The notes under the pieces: generated by a model
Databases searched by the model: none
What the model was told of the DNA's origin: nothing
Seen by the model: only the letters and a program-made list of their open reading frames with translations
Translations under genes and position numbers: made by a program
Origin: Vulcanimicrobiota bacterium
GTDB taxonomy: Bacteria; Vulcanimicrobiota; Vulcanimicrobiia; Eremiobacterales; Eremiobacteraceae
Direction of reading: 5' to 3'
NCBI GenBank assembly: GCA_963812135.1
Contig: CAWETU010000001.1
Coordinates: 1,440,001 to 1,504,000, forward strand
DNA: 64,000 bases
Shown here: positions 9,263-18,439 of the stretch, piece after piece
Layout: each line of letters starts with the position of its first letter
How positions within the stretch are numbered: the stretch's first letter is position 1

Positions 9263-10900
9263 ATGTCGCACCGCGTCCTCGCCTTCGTCGTCGCGCTCGC
9301 CACCATCTGCGCGGGGTGCACGAAGATCAGTACGTCTACCGGCCCGCAGACGCAGCGCAGCGCAGCCGATTCCGAAGTGCTGCGCGTCTCCGATATCTCC
9401 GATCCATCGACCCTCAATCCCATGCTCAGCGGCGCGGACGTGGCGTATAACCTCGCTAGCTACTCGCTGGAATATCTGGTGCAACTGGACGGCAACGGCG
9501 AGCTCACGCCCGTGCTGTGCACGCGGGTGCCGAGCGTCGAAAACGGCGACGTCAGCAGCGACGGTCTGACGATCACGTATCATCTGCGCAAAGGCGTGAC
9601 GTGGCAGGACGGCGTCGCCTTCACCTCTGCGGATGTCGTCGCGACGTGGAAGCAGGTGATGAACCCGCTCAATCCCGTCATCGTGCGGACCGGCTATGAG
9701 GTCATCGACCGTATCGACACGCCGGACAAATGGACGGCCGTGCTCCATCTCAAGCAGCCGTACGCGCCAATGCCCACGCGCTTTCTGGCGGGCATTCAAG
9801 AAGGCCCCATACCGGTGCTGCCCGCGCACCTGATCGCGAATCAAAAAGACCTCGTCCACTCGAGCTTCAATACGAGTCCGGTCGGCACCGGACCGTTCAT
9901 CGTCCAATCGTGGGAGCACAGCGGCCGGCTGGTCTTCGTCGCCAATCCGCACTACTGGCGCGGCGCGCCGAAGCTGCGCAAGATCATCTTTCAGGCGCAG
10001 CCGAGCCAGTCTACCGAGATCGTCGGCTTTCAAAGCCGTGAGATCGACGCGGACTTCGACACCGGCCCGGCCGATCTGCCGAGCTACGAGCTCATCTCCG
10101 GCATGCAGATCAGACGCTCCCCGAGTCTACGGCTCGCGGTCGTCGCGATGTATGCCGGGCCAGGTCACCCGCTCGCCGATAAACGCGTGCGACACGCCGT
10201 GGCCTACGCGATCGACCGTCACGAGGCGCTGCACAAGATCAATCACGATGTCGGCTCGATGGCGGATGAATTCTTACCGTCCTGGTCGTGGGCATACACA
10301 CCGGACGTGCCGCGTTACGATTTCGACCCGAAAAAAGCGCAGGCGCTGCTCGATCAGGCGGGTTGGACGCCTGGACCTGACGGTATCCGGGTCAAGGACG
10401 GCAAGCGCTTGACGTTGCTCATCATCGGGTCGATTGGAAGCGACAGCACGCGCCGTTTCAACCAGCTGCTGCAATCGTATCTGCACGCGGTCGGCATCGA
10501 AGCCACGATCAAAGAGTTCCCATACGGTTTGGTGTTCGACTACAACGGTCCGATACGTCAAGGCCGTTTCGATCTCGCCGCCTTCACCTACAGCGTGAAC
10601 TACGATCCTTCAGCGTTGCAGGACGATGGTTGCGACCAGTTCTCGCCGGCCGGCGCGAATCAGTCGCGCTTGTGCGATCCGGACGTCGACCGGCTCGAGC
10701 GCCAGGCGCTCGCGATCAATGACCGCGCGAAACGCAAAGCGCTCTACGCGCAGATCGAACGGCTGCGGATGGACGACCTCGGCACGTTTCCTTTATACTA
10801 TCGCGATCGCATCGGGGTGATCAGCGACGACTTGCATGGCTACGTGCCGTCGCGGGGTATTATGCCCAACTGGAACGCCTGGCAATGGAGCCTTCCGTGA
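9263..10900 (+). CDS. Peptide/nickel ABC transporter substrate-binding lipoprotein (SBP family 5)
   Basis: Lipobox-like CAGC; TYHLRKGVTWQDG..FTSADV; PVGTGPF. No permease genes adjacent. Confidence 0.92.
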   Translation: MSHRVLAFVVALATICAGCTKISTSTGPQTQRSAADSEVLRVSDISDPSTLNPMLSGADVAYNLASYSLEYLVQLDGNGELTPVLCTRVPSVENGDVSSDGLTITYHLRKGVTWQDGVAFTSADVVATWKQVMNPLNPVIVRTGYEVIDRIDTPDKWTAVLHLKQPYAPMPTRFLAGIQEGPIPVLPAHLIANQKDLVHSSFNTSPVGTGPFIVQSWEHSGRLVFVANPHYWRGAPKLRKIIFQAQPSQSTEIVGFQSREIDADFDTGPADLPSYELISGMQIRRSPSLRLAVVAMYAGPGHPLADKRVRHAVAYAIDRHEALHKINHDVGSMADEFLPSWSWAYTPDVPRYDFDPKKAQALLDQAGWTPGPDGIRVKDGKRLTLLIIGSIGSDSTRRFNQLLQSYLHAVGIEATIKEFPYGLVFDYNGPIRQGRFDLAAFTYSVNYDPSALQDDGCDQFSPAGANQSRLCDPDVDRLERQALAINDRAKRKALYAQIERLRMDDLGTFPLYYRDRIGVISDDLHGYVPSRGIMPNWNAWQWSLP

Positions 10901-10910
10901 CGCTCCGGCC

Positions 10911-11423
10911 TTATCTGCGCCCACCGGTGAAATCCTCGGCCATGAAGACTCCCTTTGCCCCGACCGCGATGCCGATGCCGACCCCGTTGTAGTTCGGCGA
11001 TAAGATGTTGCGCCGATGGCCGTCGTTGGGCGGCACTTCGGCCATCATCGCCTTGTCGAGCAGCGCGAGGACGTTCCACAGCAGCACCGGATCCACCACG
11101 CCAGGCGAGCGGAAGCCGACGTTCTCGCCGTAGTAGTCCGCTTTGCCGCCGAACGAGGCGTAACGCATCATCGGCGTGCGGCCGCTGCTGTCGAGGTGGC
11201 CCATTTTGCCCGTGGACAGCATGTCGTCGGCCTGGAATTGCGCGGCTTGTTCGGCCGTCGGGTTGCGCTCGAGTTTTGGCACGCCGTCCGCGGCGCGGTG
11301 CTGGTTGAGCGTGTCGATCAACTGCGCGCGCAGCTGCACGAGCTCCGCGGCGGGCGGCGGACCTTCAGTAGGGATCGGGCCGAGGCCGGCCGCGACGAGC
11401 AGGGCGATGAGCATCATTTCCAT
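10911..11423 (-). CDS. CAP (SCP-like) domain secreted protein
   Basis: LNQHRAADG, GENVG, GHRRNILSPNYNGVGIG. Confidence 0.88.
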   Translation of the reverse strand: MEMMLIALLVAAGLGPIPTEGPPPAAELVQLRAQLIDTLNQHRAADGVPKLERNPTAEQAAQFQADDMLSTGKMGHLDSSGRTPMMRYASFGGKADYYGENVGFRSPGVVDPVLLWNVLALLDKAMMAEVPPNDGHRRNILSPNYNGVGIGIAVGAKGVFMAEDFTGGRR

Positions 11424-11435
11424 TATTGTCGGCGG

Positions 11436-12566
11436 ATGAGCGTACCCGCGTTGGACCGTTCGCTGTTCCCGGTCGCGCAGTCATGGGCGTATTGCGACCA
11501 CGCCGCTGTCGGTCCTTTGCCGCGACCGACGCGCGATGCGCTCGTCAAGATCTTCGATGCGCAGATGCAGCTCGGCAAAAATGGTATGGCGCCGGTCGAG
11601 GCGCAGCGCGACGCCGTCCGCGCGCAGGTCGCCGCTGCGATCAATGCAGAGCCGGGCGAGATCGCGTTCATGCGCGCGACGAGCGACGGCGCTTTGCTGG
11701 CGGCCAACGGGCTCGACTGGCACGAGGGCGACGAGATCATCCTGGCGGCCGACGAGTTCGGCGCCAATGCATATCCGTGGCTCGGCGTGCGCCGCCATGG
11801 AGTCACGGTGACGCTTGTTCGAGCGCCGGACGAGCGTGTCACGCCCGAGCTGCTCGAGCGCATGGCGAGCAAGCGGACGCGGCTCGTCGCCGTGTCGTAC
11901 GTCGGTTTCAACGACGGCTATCGCAACGACATCGCGGGGATCGGGCGCTGGTGCCGCGCACGAGGCGTGTTCTTCGCACTCGACGCGATGCAAGGCTTCG
12001 GCCAATTGCCGCTCGACGTGCGAGCATGCAACGCCGACTTCGCCTATTTCGGCGTCGCGAAGTGGCTGCTTAGCCCGCACGGTGTCAGCGTGGTCTACGT
12101 CCGGCGCGACCTGATCGAGCGCTTGCTGCCGGCGACCATGTCATGGCGCTCGGTGCGCGACCCGATGCGCTTTCTCGAATACGACCAGCCGCTGCACCCT
12201 GATGCGCAGCGCTTCGAAGGCGGGTCGCTCAACTATCCGGGCGTCGCCGCATTCGGCGTGAGCCTCGACATCCTGATGAGTGCCGGCCTTGCGAACATCG
12301 AGCGGCAGGTGCTGTCGTTGACCAGCCGTCTCATCGAAGGCGCACAGCGCGCGGGAATCGAGGTCAAGAGCGATCTGCGGCCGGAGGCGCGATCTGGAAT
12401 CGTCCTCCTCGACCGCGGGCGCGCGGAGGTGGAAAAGCTGACGTCTCGTGCCGACGCCGCGCACGTCGGCGTCACCGTGCGCGAGAACGGCGTTCGCGTG
12501 TCGCCGCACGGTTACAACGACGAATCAGATATCGACCGAGTATTGAGCGTTCTGATAGAACGCTGA
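11436..12566 (+). CDS. Class V PLP aminotransferase / C-S lyase-like enzyme
   Basis: YCDHAAVGP, LDAMQGFG, AKWLLSPHG (PLP lysine), RVSPHGYN. Lacks the SufS/IscS catalytic Cys loop. Start taken at ATG 11436. Confidence 0.88.
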   Translation: MSVPALDRSLFPVAQSWAYCDHAAVGPLPRPTRDALVKIFDAQMQLGKNGMAPVEAQRDAVRAQVAAAINAEPGEIAFMRATSDGALLAANGLDWHEGDEIILAADEFGANAYPWLGVRRHGVTVTLVRAPDERVTPELLERMASKRTRLVAVSYVGFNDGYRNDIAGIGRWCRARGVFFALDAMQGFGQLPLDVRACNADFAYFGVAKWLLSPHGVSVVYVRRDLIERLLPATMSWRSVRDPMRFLEYDQPLHPDAQRFEGGSLNYPGVAAFGVSLDILMSAGLANIERQVLSLTSRLIEGAQRAGIEVKSDLRPEARSGIVLLDRGRAEVEKLTSRADAAHVGVTVRENGVRVSPHGYNDESDIDRVLSVLIER

Positions 12567-12571
12567 CGAGT

Positions 12572-13324
12572 TTATTGGCCGAGTTGCGCGATTGCGGCGC
12601 GCAGCGGGGCGCTCGACACCTGAATCACACCGCTGTACGGTTGATACATCTCCATGATCAGCCACATCGCCGCAGCCACGGACAACGCGGCCGCGAAGAA
12701 CGTGGCGATGACCGTTGGATTCGACCTGGCGAAGAGCCCCGAGCTGATGAACACGAGCGTGAGCCATATGATGAGCGCGATCAACAACGGCATCGGAATC
12801 GGCGTCGCGCGCTGTTCGTAGATGAGCCAGCGCATCTGTGCGAGGGCGACGCCGATGCTAAGCACTTGCCCCTTCAGCAAACGTTGCTCTTCAGTCTTCG
12901 GCTCGAGTCTCTCGAGACGATCGAACAGCGCTTGTGTGTCTGCATTGCGGGGCATCGCAGCCGCGAGACCTGATTCGGAAGACCACATCTGGTCGAGCGT
13001 TGCGACCATAGCTCCGCGAAGCAGGGCGCGATCGCGCGTTGCATCCGGCCCGTAGTGGGCGAGCATTTGGTCAAGCAGCACGACGTTCGCGGACATCTGC
13101 GTCAGCTCGGCGTTCTGCGTATCGTAAAAGCCCTTGGCCGACGCGATGAGCAGTCCGAGGACGAGCGCGACCATGGTCGCAACTACGCCCATGCCGACAC
13201 GCACGACATCTTTGGATTCCGAGTCGAGATGGTCCGCCGGCAAGGCTTTCCCGAGACGGATACCGAGCAGTGCACCCCCGAAGGCGCACGCAAAAGCGAT
13301 CAAAGCGATGACAGATGGAGACAT
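12572..13324 (-). CDS. DUF4239/bestrophin-like membrane protein
   Basis: MGVVATMVALVLGLLIASAK and EMYQPYSG.IQVS motifs. Start overlaps the upstream stop (TGATG). Confidence 0.75.
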   Translation of the reverse strand: MSPSVIALIAFACAFGGALLGIRLGKALPADHLDSESKDVVRVGMGVVATMVALVLGLLIASAKGFYDTQNAELTQMSANVVLLDQMLAHYGPDATRDRALLRGAMVATLDQMWSSESGLAAAMPRNADTQALFDRLERLEPKTEEQRLLKGQVLSIGVALAQMRWLIYEQRATPIPMPLLIALIIWLTLVFISSGLFARSNPTVIATFFAAALSVAAAMWLIMEMYQPYSGVIQVSSAPLRAAIAQLGQ

Positions 13325-13968
13325 CACGTAAGAATATTCACGGCGCGAGCTGCGACGAGGAGGACGGTCAGCAGCGAGATCAGCGCCTGGATGGTCATCA
13401 GCGCCTTCGCCCAGGTCGTCAACGGCATCGTGTCGGTCGGGCTGAAGGCGGTCGCATTGGTGAACCCGAGATAGAGATAATCCGCGAACACCGGCACCCA
13501 GCCCGTGGGCGCGCACTCCTGCACGTACATCTGGGGGAACATGAAGTCGGCTTTGCGCCGCGATGCGTTGAGCCGTACCTGCGGGCCGCCTCGGTCGAAC
13601 TCCCAAAACCACAGAGCGAATACCAAGATGTTCGTGAACCAGATCGCGGCGGCGGAGTAGAGAAGCTCAAGACCGCTCTGCTTAGGCATCCCCGTTAGAA
13701 GTGCACGCACTAACAGCGCGAGCGACGCGATGTTCGCCGCGTTGACGATCGCGATGACGGTGATGCCCAACCAGCGGAGGCCGCGCGAGACGTCTCGAGC
13801 GGTATGAAACGGTCCGACTGCGAGCAGCGGGATCAAAAGCGCGCCTACCAAAAGCGGCATCAGCCACCGCGGCCCGAGCGTCAGATGCGCGGGAAGCAGG
13901 ACATAGAGGATAGTGGAAAGGACGACGGCGAGCGACGGGGGCCAGCGCGATTCGGAGCGCTTGATCAT
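13324..13968 (-). CDS. DUF1345-like membrane protein
   Basis: WEFDRGGP, DFMFPQM, DYLYLGFTNATAFSPTDTMPL. Confidence 0.8.
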   Translation of the reverse strand: MIKRSESRWPPSLAVVLSTILYVLLPAHLTLGPRWLMPLLVGALLIPLLAVGPFHTARDVSRGLRWLGITVIAIVNAANIASLALLVRALLTGMPKQSGLELLYSAAAIWFTNILVFALWFWEFDRGGPQVRLNASRRKADFMFPQMYVQECAPTGWVPVFADYLYLGFTNATAFSPTDTMPLTTWAKALMTIQALISLLTVLLVAARAVNILT

Positions 13969-14017
13969 CTGATCGCGCTCTGCGGTGGCGGTCGCGCTGC
14001 TCGGGGGCGGGATGTGC

Positions 14018-15478
14018 TTAGTATCCCTGGTCGCTGATGGAACAGGGTGCCATCACGGCCGTCGACATGCCGTGAATGAGACGCTTATCGGCGGGCACCA
14101 CGGTCGCAAGCACGCCGCTCAGCTTGGCGTCATCGCCCACGACGAAGTAGTACGGACAAAGCCGCACGCGCCCGTCCATCGTCTTGACGTCGCCGGCGGC
14201 GGTGTCGTAGTAAGGGATCTGCACGCGCCGTCCTTTGTGGAAACGCTGCAAGATGTGCGGCGTCTTGTCGAACACCGCAAGCCCGCCGTCGAGCACCGCC
14301 ATCCATTCATCGCGCGTGAGATCGTCGCCGACGTAGACGCCCTTGCTGCCCCACGACAGTTCGGAGAAGCCCGAAGGTTTGACGACGTATTGTCGCTCAG
14401 ATTTCGAAAGGCTGTAGAGCTGCGACCACGTATGCACCGGCTGGCCGGCGGCGGTCAATCCGAGGATGACCGCTTGCGGCGGCATCGGGCGCGGGTCGAG
14501 GATCCACGTCTGTGGGAACACCTTGGTGACACGCTCGTACGACTCGTCGCCCATCTCGCGGCGCCAGAGCGGCTCGAGCTGCGTGTGGTGGAACAGCGCG
14601 AACGTCAGCTTCTCTTCGAAGAACGATTTGGCAGGCGGCGTGATCACGACGCGCCTGTGGCGTGCCGCGTACAAGAAGAGCTCTTGCTTTGGAATGTTGA
14701 GCAGGTCGAACAACTCGAAGAAGCGGTAGAAGAGGTCGACGGTGCGTCTTCCGGTGGGAGTGTCGACGACGAGCGCCTCCTCCGTGAACACGACGTCCTC
14801 GGGCTTGACCGTGACCGCGTCGGCAAGACCCGCCCGGCCCAACGCTTCCGCGAGCCAGATCATCTCGCTGCGATAGTCCTCAGATTCCTTGGAGACGACG
14901 ATCGCGATGACCGGCCGTTCTTTACCGGTATGCGCGCGCGCCATGTCGGCGAAGCCGCGGATGATGCCGTCGAACTCGCCGACCTGATCGTAGCCGAGCT
15001 CGCAGTACGTCGCGCCCATCGCGCCGACGAATCCCATGCCGCCGGGCACCGCATCGAGCTCGGCGGCGATCATGCCGTCATCGTCGACGTGCTCGGTGAG
15101 GATGATGTCGGGGCGGATGACCGCCGGCGTGTCCTGCTTGAAACGATTCTGTCGTTGCAGGCGGACGATCTGCTCGGGTTTGCCGAGCTCGAGATACTCG
15201 TGCACGAACGACGGCGCGGTGCCGCGCACGCTTTGGAAGTAGAGCTTGTTCAGCGCGCGATAGAATCGGAGCAGGTCGCCGCCGAGCGTCTCGAAGCGGG
15301 CGACCGTCGCGGGTAAGAGCGGAAAAGGTTCGGGGGTGATGCGCCAGGCGACTTGTGCGGCCTCAGGGGCCGCCTCTCCGGCGACGCTGCGGAAGAGGTT
15401 GGGCGAAAGATGTTCGCTGATGTACCGAGCCCGCTCGACAGCGGATTTCGGGGCGAGCGCGTTGGCGCTACAAGGCAT
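14018..15478 (-). CDS. Uncharacterised glutathionylspermidine-synthase/circularly permuted ATP-grasp-like ligase
   Basis: IRPDIIL...ELDAVPGGMG, EEKLTFALF, YVVKPSG..SWGSKGV..G and ILQRF resemble ATP-grasp motifs. Confidence 0.65.
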   Translation of the reverse strand: MPCSANALAPKSAVERARYISEHLSPNLFRSVAGEAAPEAAQVAWRITPEPFPLLPATVARFETLGGDLLRFYRALNKLYFQSVRGTAPSFVHEYLELGKPEQIVRLQRQNRFKQDTPAVIRPDIILTEHVDDDGMIAAELDAVPGGMGFVGAMGATYCELGYDQVGEFDGIIRGFADMARAHTGKERPVIAIVVSKESEDYRSEMIWLAEALGRAGLADAVTVKPEDVVFTEEALVVDTPTGRRTVDLFYRFFELFDLLNIPKQELFLYAARHRRVVITPPAKSFFEEKLTFALFHHTQLEPLWRREMGDESYERVTKVFPQTWILDPRPMPPQAVILGLTAAGQPVHTWSQLYSLSKSERQYVVKPSGFSELSWGSKGVYVGDDLTRDEWMAVLDGGLAVFDKTPHILQRFHKGRRVQIPYYDTAAGDVKTMDGRVRLCPYYFVVGDDAKLSGVLATVVPADKRLIHGMSTAVMAPCSISDQGY

Positions 15479-15649
15479 GCGGGCTTCGCTGCCTCCGAAG
15501 CGTCAACTGAGTACATGCCGGCGGGATCTTCGGCTGACTCAAGTAGCGGAACAGATGTCGTATCATCGCTGGGACGCTCGACTTTGCGTGGGGTGCTCGC
15601 TCACTCCTGCCAGGGCTGGTCCGGCGTGGAGCCCGAAGACCAATCAGAT

Positions 15650-16579
15650 ATGACTCATGTCGAGGACGCGGTCGTCGTGGCGCGCGATCTGACGAAACGT
15701 TACGGGCAATTCGAAGCCGTGCGCGGCATCGACTTCACGATCGCGCGCCAGGAGTGCTTCGGATTTCTTGGTGTGAACGGCGCGGGCAAGACGAGCACGA
15801 TGAAGATGATCTATTGCCGGACGACCAAGACGGCAGGCAGATTGGACGTCTTCGGCGTGGACGCGCAGACGCACCCGCGCGAGATCAAGCAACGCATCGG
15901 TGTGGTGACCCAGGAGAGCGCGCTGGATCCCGAGCTGACCGTCGCAGAGAACATGCTGCTCTATGCGTCGTTCTTCGGCATCCGCGGCGCTGCCGCGCGC
16001 GCGAAGTGCGACGAGCTGTTGGGCACGATGAACCTGGAGGCCAAGGCGCGCTCGCGCATTTCGGAGCTCTCTGGCGGCATGAAACGGCGCCTCGCGATCG
16101 CACGCGCACTCGTGAACGATCCGGAGATGCTCGTCCTTGACGAGCCGACGACCGGACTCGATCCGCAAGCGCGGTTGTCTGTCTGGCAGCAGCTGCTGGA
16201 GTTCCGCAGTGCGGGCATCACGCTCGTGCTGACCTCGCATTATATGGAAGAAGCAGCGCGTTTGTGCGATCGCCTCGTCATCATGGATGAGGGGAAGATC
16301 TTGGCCGAAGGTTCGCCGCGCGAGCTGGTCGACCGCTATGCGGCGTCCGACGTGCTCGAGATGTTCAGCGTCGATCTCGCCGCTGCGCGAGCGCCGCTCG
16401 ATGGCCTCGTGCGCCGGCTCGAACAGCACGGCGAAACGACCTATCTTTATAATGATGACAATCGCGCGCTGTTGACGCGCCTGGCGGAGCTTGGCGTCGA
16501 AGCGCCGCGCCATGTGGCGCGAGCCGCGACGCTGGAAGACGTCTTCTTGAACCTCACCGGGCGGGAGTTGACCGAGTGA
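15650..16579 (+). CDS. ABC exporter ATP-binding protein (NodI/DrrA-like)
   Basis: GVNGAGKT Walker A, LSGGMKRR signature, LDEPTTGLDPQAR. Start taken at ATG 15650. Confidence 0.92.
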   Translation: MTHVEDAVVVARDLTKRYGQFEAVRGIDFTIARQECFGFLGVNGAGKTSTMKMIYCRTTKTAGRLDVFGVDAQTHPREIKQRIGVVTQESALDPELTVAENMLLYASFFGIRGAAARAKCDELLGTMNLEAKARSRISELSGGMKRRLAIARALVNDPEMLVLDEPTTGLDPQARLSVWQQLLEFRSAGITLVLTSHYMEEAARLCDRLVIMDEGKILAEGSPRELVDRYAASDVLEMFSVDLAAARAPLDGLVRRLEQHGETTYLYNDDNRALLTRLAELGVEAPRHVARAATLEDVFLNLTGRELTE

Positions 16580-17352
16580 ATCCGCTCGCTGCGCTATTCC
16601 ACCGCAACGCGTGGAACGTGTTCCGGCGCGACTTCACCGCGTGGCAGAAATACGCGAGCTCGAGCATCGCGATCAACATCTTCGAGCCGATGGCGTACTT
16701 CCTCGCGCTGGGCTTCGGATTGGGCGCCTATCTGACGCTGGGCGCGAGCGGTTCGCTCTTGCAATTCATGGCGCCCGGCATGCTCGGGCTTGCGGCGCTC
16801 AATGCGGCGACGTTCGATGCGTGCTGGGGCGCGTACGAACGGCTCAACTTCAACGGCGTGTACGAGGCGATGGTCACGGCGCCGGTCGACCCGATCGAGA
16901 TCGCGTCAGGCGAATATCTGTGGCAAGCGTTTCGTGCGGCGCTCTATGGCGGGATCTTCCTCGTCGTCATCACGCTGTTCGGACTCGTGCACTCGTGGTG
17001 GGCGCTGCTCTCATTGCCGTTGCTCGCGCTCACCGGTATCGTTTTCGCGATGCCCGCCTTTGCGGTCGCGATGATGGTGAAGACGCAAGAGCACCTGTTC
17101 TATTACTTCTCGTTCGTTGCGACGCCGATGGTGATGATCAGCGGCGTGTTCTTCCCGTTGGACAAGACGCCGCACTGGCTGCAAGTCATCGCGTGGTGCA
17201 CGCCCCTGTATCACGCCGTGAAGATCTTCCGCGGGCTCGTGCTCGGCCACCTGAGCTGGAGTTTGACCGGCGACCTCGCATGGTTGATCGTCGCGGGCGC
17301 GCTGCTCGCCTATTTGCCGGTGCCGTTCTTGCTCAACAAACTGGCGCGCTAA
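16576..17352 (+). CDS. ABC-2 permease (NodJ-like)
   Basis: Multi-TM; FEPMAYFLALGFGLG, SGVFFP, TPLYHAV. Coupled to the ATPase gene. Confidence 0.9.
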   Translation: MNPLAALFHRNAWNVFRRDFTAWQKYASSSIAINIFEPMAYFLALGFGLGAYLTLGASGSLLQFMAPGMLGLAALNAATFDACWGAYERLNFNGVYEAMVTAPVDPIEIASGEYLWQAFRAALYGGIFLVVITLFGLVHSWWALLSLPLLALTGIVFAMPAFAVAMMVKTQEHLFYYFSFVATPMVMISGVFFPLDKTPHWLQVIAWCTPLYHAVKIFRGLVLGHLSWSLTGDLAWLIVAGALLAYLPVPFLLNKLAR

Positions 17353-17894
17353 TCCGGAGGCGCTGAAGGCATGCGGCGCACGCCCTCAGGGTATGCACCT
17401 TGCGGGTGGCTGTTGTAGAAGTCTTCGCTCAGCACGGCGAGATACTCGAAGTTCTCCCACAGCGCGCCCCAAGGACCGGCCCGCAGCCGCCGTATAGCGG
17501 TGAAGGGCTGCAGCGACGCCCATGCAGTCGTCACGACGCCTCCCCAGAGGTCGCACGCGATGTCGCGGTCGATGATGCGATACTTCACGAGGGTGCCCAG
17601 GTTCTCGAAGACGTTGCCGATATAAATCGCCGGTTCCAGCCGTCGATCAAGGAGCTGGCCCTTGAGCCCTTCTTTGAAACCCGGCTCATTCATCAGGCTC
17701 GGCAGCTCCTCGACGAGGAAGCGGCGGGCGGCGACGAATTTGTCCGACTCGACAACCTCTCGGATCTCGGTGAGCGCCACGATTTGATTGCTGCCGCGCA
17801 AGTGGTGGAGCTGCACAATCGCGGCGAACGCCGTCGCGGCGATGACGACAAAGGTGCCGATAGCAGCGATCGCGCTGACGAGCTCGAGAGACAT
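17349..17894 (-). CDS. DUF4760-like single-TM protein, paralog 1
   Basis: MSLELVSAIAAIGTFVVIAATAFAAIVQLHHLRGSNQ...FENLG...WENFEYLA...YPEGVRR. Start at ATG 17894. Confidence 0.75.
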   Translation of the reverse strand: MSLELVSAIAAIGTFVVIAATAFAAIVQLHHLRGSNQIVALTEIREVVESDKFVAARRFLVEELPSLMNEPGFKEGLKGQLLDRRLEPAIYIGNVFENLGTLVKYRIIDRDIACDLWGGVVTTAWASLQPFTAIRRLRAGPWGALWENFEYLAVLSEDFYNSHPQGAYPEGVRRMPSAPPD

Positions 17895-17899
17895 ACCTG

Positions 17900-18439
17900 C
17901 TAGCTGCCGCCGGTCAGCAATCGCCGGGCGCCGGCCGGGTAGGCGCCGTCGGGGTGGCGCGTCTCGAAATCCTCGCACAGCATGGCGAGGTACTCGAAAT
18001 TCTCCAAGAGAGCCGGTGCGTCTAAGATCCGGCGCCTGATCGAGATGACGGGCGCCATTTCCGTCCAGCTCGCAAGAATTGGGCCGGACAGGAGGTCGCA
18101 CGCGACTTCTTTATCGACAATACCGTACTTACAGAATAAGCCTAACGTCTCAAAAACGCCCCCTACGATGTTCAAAGCCGCAAGCTCGCTATCCAGTATT
18201 CTTGGCTTGATGCGCTCAGCAAAACGAGGCTCCTTCATGAGAAGGGGCAGATCGCTATGGATAAAGCGACGCGCGGCCTCGAATTCGGGCGATTCTATGG
18301 TTTTTTGGATTCCGGTGATCGCACTGATCTGGTTGCTGCTCCGCAGATGGCGCAATTGGACGATGGCGGCAACTGCGGTCGCCGCGATGACGACAAACGT
18401 GCCGATCGCCGCGATCGCGCTGAGCAGTTCGAGGCTCAT
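17900..18439 (-). CDS. DUF4760-like single-TM protein, paralog 2
   Basis: Same N- and C-terminal motifs as paralog 1; tandem with it. Start overlaps the CoA ligase stop. Confidence 0.75.
   Translation of the reverse strand: MSLELLSAIAAIGTFVVIAATAVAAIVQLRHLRSSNQISAITGIQKTIESPEFEAARRFIHSDLPLLMKEPRFAERIKPRILDSELAALNIVGGVFETLGLFCKYGIVDKEVACDLLSGPILASWTEMAPVISIRRRILDAPALLENFEYLAMLCEDFETRHPDGAYPAGARRLLTGGS

Noticed and set aside
6651..9569. 972-aa ORF and other long antisense or alternative-frame ORFs (e.g. 38968-40878, 61515-63068)
   Set aside because: These are shadow ORFs of high-GC coding strands, Arg/Ala-rich with no motifs, and they overlap well-supported genes.
15650..17352. NodIJ as evidence of Nod-factor export
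   Set aside because: No nodABC is present; NodIJ-like exporters are widespread.
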